Shown: piece by piece, positions 1-9,800 of the stretch | Position numbering within the stretch: position 1 is the stretch's first letter | Layout: each line of letters begins with the position of its first letter | IMG/VR virus record: IMGVR_UViG_3300035499_000517 | Span: 1-64,000 of that record | Origin: a virus | Taxonomy: Duplodnaviria; Caudoviricetes | DNA: 64,000 bases | Direction: 5' to 3' (one strand) | The notes under the pieces: generated by a model | What the model was told of the DNA's origin: nothing | Seen by the model: only the letters and a program-made list of their open reading frames with translations | The model's database searches: none | Program-made: the position numbers and the translations under genes

Positions 1-3000
1 TGGAGATAAGCCCGCTGCACCAACGGCAAATTTAGCAACTGCCATGGAGCTATCCGTTACCGCCTTATAAGCTACGGAAGATGCCACAATAGCATCGCGA
101 GCCACGCTGGAAGCTGCCACCGCATTCATAGCCACGCTGGAAGCTGCAATAGCCGTCATTGAAGTTGCCGTTGCTGTTACTGCGTTCATGCCAACTTCAC
201 TGGCTGCTAAGACTTCCATATCTGCGTAGTCATTCGGTAATAATCCTGCTTCACCGACTGCATACTTCGCTGTTGCAATGCTACTTGCGTTCATTGCCTC
301 AAATTCGATATCGGAAGAAGCCATTGCTTTACGTGCTTCTGCATTTGACATTACAATATCCATTGCTTCTACACTATTTACAAGGTCACTTACGTCAGCA
401 TAATCTCTCGGGTCCAGACCACCATTTGCCACAGTGAACTTGATTGTACCAACCGGGCTATCCTCGATTGCCTGGAATGCAACGCTATTTGCTGTTACAG
501 TTTTTCTTGCAGTATCATCTGCTGCAAGATCATCGATGTCTTCGTAATCACCCGGGTTTAATCCTGCTTCTGCTGCTGCAAATTTTGCAACACCAATAGA
601 GGAATACGTCATTGCCTTATACGCATCGGTGTTCTTTACGATCTCTCCACGGATGGTTGCACTTGATGCGACAACATCCATATTTGCGTAATCATTAACG
701 TCATGATTTAAGAAGCCGATGATAAGTTTACCAACAGCGACGTAATCATTGATAAATGTCATATAAGTATCTTCTGCTTCAGCACTCTTTAAGATGTCTC
801 TTGCAGTGCTTGATACAGATACTTGATTTACAGCATTTGCATCATTTAAGACATCTGTAATATTCTGATAACTGCCTGTAATAAGCCCAGCACAGCCAAT
901 CATGAATTTTGAGATTGCCATTTCATTTGCTGCAATTGCTTTATAAATAGCACTGTTTGCAACAATTGCTGTTCTTGCTGTAGAAGATGCTCCCATAAGA
1001 TCCATTGCAACAGTTGAAGCAGCAAGCTCATAACCAGATGCAGTTGTCTTACAAACGGTTGTTAACGCAGTAGTGTTTCCAATAATTGCATTCACTGCAA
1101 GCTCTGATTCTGCAAGTTCTTTCATACCAGTATAAGATTTTGCAGCGGTTGCAATTGCCGTAGAAGACTCTACAAGAGCTTTCATACCAACACTAGATTG
1201 TCCACATTCGTACATGGCTGCTTTTGCATCGGTCATTAAACCAAGTGCAGTTGTATTTGCAATGATTGCAGCCATAGAAGTTGCAGAACCAACAAGTTCT
1301 TTCATACTTACATTAGATTTTACAGCGGTAGCAAATGCATCATTACTAACAAGAAGTGCGACTGATGTAGAGTTATCTCTGATTAAATCCAAGAAACTTG
1401 TTGCATAGATTGCAAAATGTAAGAGCGCGCTGTTATTCATAAGCGCATTGATCCATGCTGTCGTTCCGATTGCTGTATTTAAGTCACTATAACTGGTATC
1501 AGATAGGTTCATGACTTTGTTAAGGAACTTTCGCGTACATACTTCATCAGCGCCTAACATCAGTAATGAGTTCTCTGTGTTGTAGATGTCTGCTCTCTTA
1601 TCAGCGTCTGCAATCAAGATGCTTTCGTAATTATCAATGATATCAATCATCGCCTGTACGAATACATCATGACTTAATGCGATAGGGTAAGTCCTTCTGT
1701 CCGCTGACAATGCTGTTGCAGGCTGTGTTCTCTTTACAATCTGCTCAGAGAATGTCTTGTTCTTTGCAGCAGCATCCACAAAGTTTGTATTCCCAAGAAT
1801 GCTTACCAGATAATCATCATTTCCACAAATGGTATCAATGACATTCTGTGTAAGCTTCGTGTAATCCTGAACATCCTCAAGATCTTTTGCTCTTTGGTTT
1901 ACATCATCCAAAGTACTCTGCATCTGATTTCTTAAGGGTTCGTAATTATAAAGATTTTCTGCCTTCTCTGCGATAGATGAAAATGCCTCTGCAACTTCTG
2001 CAAGTGCATCTGTAGAGTCCTGAATCTCTGCAATGAAGTCAACCATGACTTTACATGCATCTTCGCTTTCTCCAACGATCGATAAACAGCTTTCTGTTGT
2101 TAAGATCTGCTTTGCAAATTCGCTGTTCTGCATGAGAATTGCTAAGCAAGTATCCGGGTTGTCTCTCATATATTCACAGCATTCCGTGCTGGTTACCGCG
2201 ATCTTAACGAGTTCCGGCTTATCGTTAAATGCACCAAGTGCATTATTCTGGCAGATATAAGAGATTGATGCGTTAAACTTCTCATGTACTTCATCATCAT
2301 TTGTAATGACTTCCGGTGTTAAGAGATTTGCATTAATCATCATATTAAGTGTCTCAGTCGGAATCGATGTTCCGGTTGGTTGTTTTGTTTCTTTTGTATA
2401 CTGCACACCATTTTCATCATAGTAGGTCCCGTCAGTGCTGTTGTAAATGGTGAGATATGCAGTGTTTACGATCTCGTCAATAAACCACGATGACATGCAT
2501 ACATTGCTCATGAATGGATCCGATGTCAAAAGCGTTGTCCAACCATCCTGTGATTCAATTGCCGCTGACAACGAACCGTACTCTGATAAGTCCAGATTAA
2601 AACGGTCCTTAATCCAATCCAAGCAATCATCTGCATGAATTCTTTCTGTTATATAATTCGTAAACGGTTTGAAAAACTTATCCGGAAGTGCATGAATAGC
2701 GTCCATGTTCATGTATTCTACAATGCTATTCAAATTTCCAGCAGAGAATGCTGTCGTTCCCGATAAGATATTTAAGATCTTTCCAGCTTTCGGATGCTTT
2801 CTTAAGATGTAATCAGCATCGTCTTCTGTAAAACGGTCATAGATTTTATCTACAACACCCTGGTGTGTCCACACCATAGTGGACTTCATCAATAATTCAT
2901 GGAATAAGTCTTCGTTCGCCGGCTTCATAATGTAACTCTCTGAACCGAGACGCTCAATGGAATCAATGTAGTTCAAGTAATTGAGCGGTTCATTTTTGAA

Positions 3001-3036
3001 GTCAGTATTTAAGAATTTTAATTCTTCAAATCCCAT
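1..3036 (-). CDS. Large Ala-rich repeat protein, probable virion/tail structural protein (3' end outside window, >1012 aa)
   Basis: Not in ORF track. ATG at 3036 (MGFEELKFLNTDFKNEPLNY...) behind a GAGGAAGG RBS; no stop found in the parts of the frame I translated down to base 1. The distal part has ~10-aa repeats (AMxAIAASSV) and recurring KFAxxxAGLxPxDY units. Late-type promoter at 3265-3277. Confidence 0.85.
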   Translation of the reverse strand, partial: MGFEELKFLNTDFKNEPLNYLNYIDSIERLGSESYIMKPANEDLFHELLMKSTMVWTHQGVVDKIYDRFTEDDADYILRKHPKAGKILNILSGTTAFSAGNLNSIVEYMNMDAIHALPDKFFKPFTNYITERIHADDCLDWIKDRFNLDLSEYGSLSAAIESQDGWTTLLTSDPFMSNVCMSSWFIDEIVNTAYLTIYNSTDGTYYDENGVQYTKETKQPTGTSIPTETLNMMINANLLTPEVITNDDEVHEKFNASISYICQNNALGAFNDKPELVKIAVTSTECCEYMRDNPDTCLAILMQNSEFAKQILTTESCLSIVGESEDACKVMVDFIAEIQDSTDALAEVAEAFSSIAEKAENLYNYEPLRNQMQSTLDDVNQRAKDLEDVQDYTKLTQNVIDTICGNDDYLVSILGNTNFVDAAAKNKTFSEQIVKRTQPATALSADRRTYPIALSHDVFVQAMIDIIDNYESILIADADKRADIYNTENSLLMLGADEVCTRKFLNKVMNLSDTSYSDLNTAIGTTAWINALMNNSALLHFAIYATSFLDLIRDNSTSVALLVSNDAFATAVKSNVSMKELVGSATSMAAIIANTTALGLMTDAKAAMYECGQSSVGMKALVESSTAIATAAKSYTGMKELAESELAVNAIIGNTTALTTVCKTTASGYELAASTVAMDLMGASSTARTAIVANSAIYKAIAANEMAISKFMIGCAGLITGSYQNITDVLNDANAVNQVSVSSTARDILKSAEAEDTYMTFINDYVAVGKLIIGFLNHDVNDYANMDVVASSATIRGEIVKNTDAYKAMTYSSIGVAKFAAAEAGLNPGDYEDIDDLAADDTARKTVTANSVAFQAIEDSPVGTIKFTVANGGLDPRDYADVSDLVNSVEAMDIVMSNAEARKAMASSDIEFEAMNASSIATAKYAVGEAGLLPNDYADMEVLAASEVGMNAVTATATSMTAIAASSVAMNAVAASSVARDAIVASSVAYKAVTDSSMAVAKFAVGAAGLSP

Positions 3037-3264
3037 TCTTTTCTTTCACCTTCCTCTCTATTAGAATCCAAGTCTCCCTTTCGGATAGAGATGCTATTCC
3101 CTCATAGCAAAGGATACCAAATCCTTTTTCTTTTTCCCTTTCTTAGGGCATATTATCCGAAAGAGCTATTTGTCATTAGACCTCTAATGTGTCCTTATTT
3201 GTATTTTTGAACCCTTGAAAATAACACGAATAATGTCTCTTAGGTCCAATAATGAGGACTAGTC

Positions 3265-3277
3265 TTATGGCATTGTT
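3265..3277 (-). promoter_or_regulatory. Late-type promoter AACA-N6-TAA
   Basis: Minus strand AACA-ATGCCA-TAA; same motif as at more than 12 other intergenic sites. Confidence 0.65.
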
Positions 3278-3298
3278 TCCTTACAAAATACCCAAGAA

Positions 3299-3311
3299 AA
3301 CATTATTGTAA
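3299..3311 (+). promoter_or_regulatory. Late-type promoter AACA-N6-TAA
   Basis: AACA-TTATTG-TAA ~30 nt upstream of the fibre gene. Confidence 0.7.
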
Positions 3312-3340
3312 GCAAATTATTAGAAAGGAGACGAAATTCT

Positions 3341-4720
3341 ATGCCTAAAGAAGTTGATATAATTGGCTTGACCAGTGTCTCAGATACTGGGGAAGAGTCA
3401 CAAGCATATATGAAAGGCTTAGCGCAGGCGACGGATGTTTATCCCTTTGAATCTGGTGATTTATCATTACCCGGAGAGAATAAAACAACGCTTGATAAAG
3501 TCTTAGAAAATATCCGGGCATATCTGGAAAATCTGGATACATTGGCAAAAGAAAAGCGTTCTATCAGTGATGATACCGCTGATAACAGCTCTGTAAATGT
3601 TGCTAGTACGAAGGCAGTAGCAAGTGTAAAGGCACTTGTCGATGCGCTCAATACAGATCTTGCATCGAATTCGACTGAAGTAATTAAGCGTGCACCAATT
3701 GACCATTCGTCTGAGGATAAGACTTATGGTGGTGCTACTGCTTCATTATATGGTCATGTAAAGCTGTCTGATGGATATGTCCTTGGTTCAAGTGAGCAGG
3801 CTGCAGCGGCCGATAGTATTGCAGCGTCCAAGAAAGCCCTTGCAACGGTTTATAAAACCTTAAATGAAGCAAAGGCAGCGGTTGCTCATGCAGCAACTGA
3901 TACGACTTATGGTGCTGGTAGTTCTACGAAGTATGGACATGTAAAAGTATCTGATACCTACAAAACAGCGATCACAAATGGTGATGCTGACAATGGTGTT
4001 GCAGCATCTCAGAAGGCGCTTTATAATGCATACAATGAACTGTCTACTAATACCGAGACAGGCATTGCATCAAAAGCACCAATCATGCATGCATCATCAG
4101 CAGATACCTATGGTGTTGGTACAGGTTCGGCTTATGGTCATCTTAAAATTTCTGATACGTATTCTGGAGATGATGTTGCAAAGACTGGTGCGGCAGCAAA
4201 TGGAATTGCTGCATCATTATACGCAGTAAATCGTGCGGCAGCGGCTGCACAGACGAACATGGAAGCTTCTCTTGAGGAAGGGCATGCAAAAGAACATGCA
4301 ACCTCAGAGAAATCAAGTCACGTAACATTGAGTGACGATTACGAAACAGGTGCTGGAAATGCCGATTCCGGTGTTGGTGCATCGAGCAATGCAGTTGCCG
4401 ATGCGTACAGTTCCTTATCAAAATCTATTACTACGCTGCAAAATAGTCTTGCGGCACTTAACAACCAAATGGTTCAGGAATCGTCGGTCACCACATTTGA
4501 GGATGATGGTTCAATTGTTGTCACAACTGCAACAACGAAAAAGACCACAACATTTTTAGATGATGGAAATATCGATGCTGTGCTTGAAATCACAAACTCT
4601 GATGGAAGCACAACTATCGTTGATCAGTTGACGAAGTTCAATGATGATGGATCCATTGAGAATGTTGTTACAACCGAGATTAAGGAAGCAGCTACTGAAG
4701 CAACTTCTGAGGAAGGTTAA
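3341..4720 (+). CDS. Tail fibre-like protein with YGHVKLSD repeats
   Basis: Four ~60-aa units HxxxxxTYGxxxxxxYGHVK(L/V/I)SD...AAS..A (last one degenerate), typical of Firmicute phage fibre repeats; C-terminal TxFxDDGxI x3; RBS AAGGAG. Confidence 0.7.
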   Translation: MPKEVDIIGLTSVSDTGEESQAYMKGLAQATDVYPFESGDLSLPGENKTTLDKVLENIRAYLENLDTLAKEKRSISDDTADNSSVNVASTKAVASVKALVDALNTDLASNSTEVIKRAPIDHSSEDKTYGGATASLYGHVKLSDGYVLGSSEQAAAADSIAASKKALATVYKTLNEAKAAVAHAATDTTYGAGSSTKYGHVKVSDTYKTAITNGDADNGVAASQKALYNAYNELSTNTETGIASKAPIMHASSADTYGVGTGSAYGHLKISDTYSGDDVAKTGAAANGIAASLYAVNRAAAAAQTNMEASLEEGHAKEHATSEKSSHVTLSDDYETGAGNADSGVGASSNAVADAYSSLSKSITTLQNSLAALNNQMVQESSVTTFEDDGSIVVTTATTKKTTTFLDDGNIDAVLEITNSDGSTTIVDQLTKFNDDGSIENVVTTEIKEAATEATSEEG

Positions 4721-4748
4721 AATTAAGGCTAAAATAAGATCGTGAATG

Positions 4749-4791
4749 GGAGAGTAATCCAAATACAACCGGATTACTCTCCTTTATTTTT
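4749..4791 (+). terminator. Intrinsic terminator
   Basis: GGAGAGTAATCC / GGATTACTCTCC 12-bp stem followed by a T tract. Confidence 0.8.
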
Positions 4792-4835
4792 CATCCTTTC
4801 CATAAAACCCTCTTGAAAAACATTGGTTTAAGGGG

Positions 4836-5399
4836 GTGAACTTAGTGAAACCGAATGATAATCTCGAGCAGATTAATAAACAACGTAAGGATTTTTGCGC
4901 GAAGTATCAAGAACTACTTAAGAAATACGATACTTCGCTTTTAACTAAAACAAGACGCATCATTGAACAAAGAAAAGAGACTAGAACCATTTCGCTTCCA
5001 GACGCAGAGAAACAGCGGGAGAAAATTCAAAAAGAGATTTCCTATAATCTTTCTCATATGAATGAAGACCAAGATGAAATCTCTCGGGAGCTTTCTTCCC
5101 CAAAAACCGTCGAAATCGATGAATTAGAGGCCGTTCGTATGACGATGCGTTATATCCGAAAAGATATACCGGCATTATTAAACCGAAACAATTTTGCATT
5201 TTCTTTAGAAGTATTGCGAGGTGCTACTGAAAGCGCTGACAATGCTTGTCTAAGGAATGTCCGACGTGTAAACAAACTTCGAGAATTGGAAGTTACGATT
5301 CTTTTTTCTTTTCTTCACGCATGTTATAAGCAATTACCAAGCATTATTAAAGGTGGTGAAAATAAAAATGCGGAAACAGAAAAGAAGAGAACAGTATAA
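4836..5399 (+). CDS. Hypothetical protein
   Basis: 187-aa ORF downstream of late motif AACA-TTGGTT-TAA (4819-4831); start codon uncertain. Confidence 0.65.
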   Translation: MNLVKPNDNLEQINKQRKDFCAKYQELLKKYDTSLLTKTRRIIEQRKETRTISLPDAEKQREKIQKEISYNLSHMNEDQDEISRELSSPKTVEIDELEAVRMTMRYIRKDIPALLNRNNFAFSLEVLRGATESADNACLRNVRRVNKLRELEVTILFSFLHACYKQLPSIIKGGENKNAETEKKRTV

Positions 5400-5970
5400 C
5401 GGGACGTATCACTTTAGAAAACGAGAAGTGAATCGCCCGATTTCATCTATCCCACTGGAGGATGCAATCAAAGAGCAAATAGAAAGTGGACTTACACCTT
5501 TCTCTGACTATTTCTTAAAACGACCAAAGAGACGTGAGAATAAGTATTCAACTTTACCAAAACGATTTTCTGATCCGATTCAGAAATTACCAAAGCATGT
5601 TTTTGTGAATGTAAATCGGTGTATGACGTATCTTTATCGGGAAGGACAAGATTGGATAAAGGAAGAAGCTTTTAAGAAGCTCTATAGTGAAACTTTGAAA
5701 TACCCATATAAAGAACTGGTAGAATCCAATCGAACTACGATTGAAGCAATCTTTGAATCTTACTGGCTTTATGATATGAAGTATGTGGATCAGAAACTTG
5801 CCGGAATGAATTATATCATTGAAACAGAATTCCGTAATGATTTACGAACTTCTGATAACCGGCAAGTGAACTTAATTGTGAAAATTCTGTGTGAGGTTGA
5901 CAAAAATGGTCCAGCGACATTTGGTATTTATAAAATTGATCTTAAGACCATGCCTGCACTTGAAACGTAA
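5353..5970 (+). CDS. Hypothetical protein
   Basis: 205-aa ORF in operon; true start possibly a few codons downstream (MRKQKRR). Confidence 0.7.
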   Translation: MVKIKMRKQKRREQYNGTYHFRKREVNRPISSIPLEDAIKEQIESGLTPFSDYFLKRPKRRENKYSTLPKRFSDPIQKLPKHVFVNVNRCMTYLYREGQDWIKEEAFKKLYSETLKYPYKELVESNRTTIEAIFESYWLYDMKYVDQKLAGMNYIIETEFRNDLRTSDNRQVNLIVKILCEVDKNGPATFGIYKIDLKTMPALET

Positions 5971-6002
5971 ACTAAATAGAATACAGAAAGAAGGGAAATG
6001 CA

Positions 6003-6725
6003 ATGAATACCAATACCCTTGTAAAGCGTATTAAACGAGACATCGGCATCTATGGGATTGCTCTCCCGATAGATAACCTTGATGAATTTATCACAGATAT
6101 CCTAGTTGATACAACAATTCCGGTATTTTCCATTTATCAACCACTGGAAGAACTCTATCAATTAGATATCACAGAGCACAATGCAGTCCGTCGTTCGGTT
6201 GACGGATCTGATCTTTATATCCTCCCGGAATTTCCTGGGAGAAAGTTGTTATACGTAAAGCGTGTAACGTATAACGAAGGCTACTTACGTTCCAACAGTT
6301 ATCCTGGAATCTTTCCTAAGAATTCTATGGATACTTTAGGAGGTTTATTATCGACTACGATTGGTAAGAATATTACCGATATTACCATTAATTCGGTTAC
6401 GTTTAAGTATATTCACCCAAGAAAATTGTTCGTATATGATGCCGTTGTTTCTGCTTGTTTAACAGCAACGCTTGCATTCGAACACGATAAGTCCTTTCAG
6501 TCTATTCCACCAACTGCAGAAGAGAGTTTTTACAATCTTGCAGTTCTTGATGTAAAGGCTGGGTTATATCCAACCATCAAGCATTATGATGGAATTGAAA
6601 CTTCCCTTGGAAGGATTGAATTAAAGTTAGATGACTGGCAATCCGCTGCAGCAGATCGAAAAGAGCTCTTAACTCAATGGGATGAGAACTATCTTCTTGA
6701 CTCTGTGGATCTTGCCTACAACTAA
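6003..6725 (+). CDS. Putative neck/head-tail adaptor protein (T4 gp13-like)
   Basis: N-terminal IKRDIG...LDEFITD and C-terminal K.YDGIE.SLG.IEL..DDW..A...RKEL pattern resemble gp13-type neck proteins. Confidence 0.5.
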   Translation: MNTNTLVKRIKRDIGIYGIALPIDNLDEFITDILVDTTIPVFSIYQPLEELYQLDITEHNAVRRSVDGSDLYILPEFPGRKLLYVKRVTYNEGYLRSNSYPGIFPKNSMDTLGGLLSTTIGKNITDITINSVTFKYIHPRKLFVYDAVVSACLTATLAFEHDKSFQSIPPTAEESFYNLAVLDVKAGLYPTIKHYDGIETSLGRIELKLDDWQSAAADRKELLTQWDENYLLDSVDLAYN

Positions 6726-6730
6726 AAAAG

Positions 6731-6763
6731 AAAGAGAGAATCCGTTGTGATTCTCTCTTTTTT
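6731..6763 (+). terminator. Intrinsic terminator
   Basis: AAAGAGAGAATC / GATTCTCTCTTT stem plus T tract. Confidence 0.8.
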
Positions 6764-6772
6764 AACCCGAAA

Positions 6773-6785
6773 AACAAAGGTTTAA
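6773..6785 (+). promoter_or_regulatory. Late-type promoter AACA-N6-TAA
   Basis: AACA-AAGGTT-TAA directly upstream of the large RNAP beta gene. Confidence 0.7.
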
Positions 6786-6807
6786 GCTATAGAAAGTAGG
6801 TGATAAG

Positions 6808-9800
6808 ATGTTAGATTATACGGTTTTGCCTTACTTTGTGGTAAAAACGCGTAAGCTTGCACTTCCTAGAGGGGATGGCGCAGGTAAAGGAAATCTTTGT
6901 ATGTTATTTTCACCGAGTTTTGAAGATTCCATACAGATGATGTCTCAAAAAGACAATTGCTTTCACAATAGAAGATACCATTTCTACTATCGACAGTTAA
7001 AGTATTACGGGAAGACTGCGAATAGTAAAATATATAGAATTAAGCAGTATACACAGTGGGCAGATATAAAGAATGAACTCCAAAAATCAAATTGCGGAGT
7101 TTCTCTTTATCCGAAGAAGTTAAATGTACCGGTAAATGAGAAAAGAAATATGTATTTGGATCTTCATGTCTGGTGGATTCTCTTTCAGACATATGCTCAA
7201 AAAGCAAGTTTGAATATGAGAGTCAAGATCTTTTGGAAACTCTTTAACGAAGCACTTCACACTTCTGTGGGAAGTTATGACAATCGTTTCGTTCTTATGG
7301 ATGTTTCCAAGTTTCCTTTTTTTATTACCGGAAACTTAAAAGATCGTGTGATGAATCCGCTTTACATGATTCTTTATACTGCAAGAAAATTCCCGGAGTT
7401 TTTAAAGGATATAAATATGGACTTTGTCCTTTATAATAACAATTTCGTTATGAGAATCAAACCATCTGATTTAATTGATACAGATGGAAAGGTTGATCCT
7501 ACTCTTATTACAAAATATCTGACGCAGTTAAAGAGGCTCTATCGTGTTGTAGAGAAACCCGAAGATGAACTCGTTGGTCTTCCTACAGATGAAGAGATCA
7601 AAGAAGCAGATGTTGAGGAGAAGGAAGAAGAGGAAACTGAAAAAGCAATAGAAGAAGCAGATAAACATCCGACGAAAGATGTAATGGCTGCAAATCCAAA
7701 AGGACTTACTAAAGATCTTGCTTCTAAAATGTCTTTAGAGAAGACATCTACTCCGAAGGCATTAAAGTCTGTTGCTTCTACAATTGATAGACCAGAAGAG
7801 ATTGTAAAAGGTGTAACTGAAAAACAGGCAGAAGCAAAGAAGATTGTAGAAGAGGAAACCAAAGGAGAAGAGGTTTCTGAAGAGGAGAAGGATAAAGCAG
7901 TCGCAGATAAAACAGAAGAGCTTATCAATGAAGATAAAGAAATTTTGGATGAAATTTATCGGCAGATGCAATCCAAGTCTCCTACGAAATCTCAGCGTTC
8001 TACTGCACGTGATCAGATGCTTCGTGATAAACAAAAAGAGATTGTTGTTCGTGGAACAACCATTGCGGATCTTGCAAAAATTAATCCAAAAGAAAAGCAG
8101 ATTGAATCTAATGATATTTCAAAAGCAATGACGACTTCAAATCCGAATATGAAAGAAATCAAATTCCAGAACTTCAATCAGTCTTATATTGACAATGTCA
8201 TGGATAAGGATATTACTGGAGTATTCGAGAATCTGAATGATAAGTCAACTAAGATGTTCATCCGAAATATCAAAGTTGAAGATACGTCAGATGTATTAAA
8301 TTACAAAGAAACCTGGACTGTTTCTCTGGAAGATGAGAACCGGAATCGTCACAATATCAAAGTTGATATTCCGAAGTTTTACGATAAGAACTTCTTATGG
8401 CTTTCTGGTAATAAGAAAGCTATTAAGAACCAGCTGTTCTTCCTTCCGGTTGTAAAGATTGATGCAGATACTGTTATGATTGTAACCAATTATAACAAGA
8501 TGACAATCAAGCGTGAAGAAGGAAAATCACTTCGTGAAATTGTGCTCTTACAGAAGCAGATTGCAAAGAGTGAAGAACTTCAGTCATATTTCCAGATTGG
8601 TTCAGTCTTCCCTTATAATAAGAATCGGGTTACAGCAGTTGAGTATGATGAATACTCAAAGGTATTTGGAAGCTTCCATTCAAAAGATTGCATCATTTAT
8701 TTCAATCAGGTACAGGCTACAGAAGAAGCTGGTAAAAGGAAGCTTGAACGAGTACCAGATCATTTATTCGTTGGATTTGAAAATGATGAACCAATTTGGA
8801 TTGATTTTGAAACACAGCGTGATGAGAAAAACCGCAGCATTTCTGATATTATCATCAGCCATATTCCGGAAGCTGACCGGATTGCAATTAAGAAGATGCA
8901 GATTCCGAAGCGTCTCATGTACACAAAGATTACAACTATGAATCAGGAGATTCCAATGATCGTTCTTATGTGTATCTGGGAAGGCCTTAGCACAGTCTTA
9001 AAGAAAATGGGTGTAAAGTATCGTATTGAAGAGAATGCAAAGAGCACCGGTTCTCATGAAGACTTCATCCGGTTCAAGAACTGCTACCTCATTTATGACG
9101 CAACAGTGACCAATCAGATCCTCTTAAATGGATTTAAGGTTCTTGAAACCAAAGAACACAATATCTCTGAGTATGATGATGTAGTTCCTTACATCCCATT
9201 TATTCAGAGAAAGTATGGAAAGATTAGCATTTTAAATGCATTAAATAACGTCTATGAATTTACCATTGGACCAATCGAAAAAGAGATTTTAACATCAATG
9301 AGACTTCCAACCGACTTGGTTCAGCTCATGGTATATGCAAATGGACTTCTTGGAGATAACCAGTCTGTATCAGAGCTTGATATGTCTGAGTATCGTGTTC
9401 GTTGTGCAGAGATTATTCCAGCAATTTTATACGATTGCGTTGCAAAGGCCTATGTGCCTTATAAGAATTCTAATGGAAAGAAGAAGTTATCCATTCCTCA
9501 GGATGCTGTTATTAAGAAACTCTTGGAGCTTCAGACAACAGAAGATGCTTCTACATTAAATCCATTCTTGGAACTTGAGACAACCCATGGAGTTTCAACA
9601 AAGGGTTGGCGTGGTGTGAACTTAGCTGATTCTTATACCGTTCCAAAACGAAGCTATGATCAGTCTATGACTGGTGTCATTGGTGTATCATCATCTCCTG
9701 ATGGACAGGTTGGTGTAAACCGTACACTCACTATGGAGCCAACAATCAATAACGTGCGTGGATATGTAGAATCAAGAGCAGATAATTTGGATTCGTTACA

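Noticed and set aside
159-2638. Short plus-strand ORFs in the track
   Set aside because: Shadows of the long minus-strand CDS 1-3036; no RBS, implausible composition
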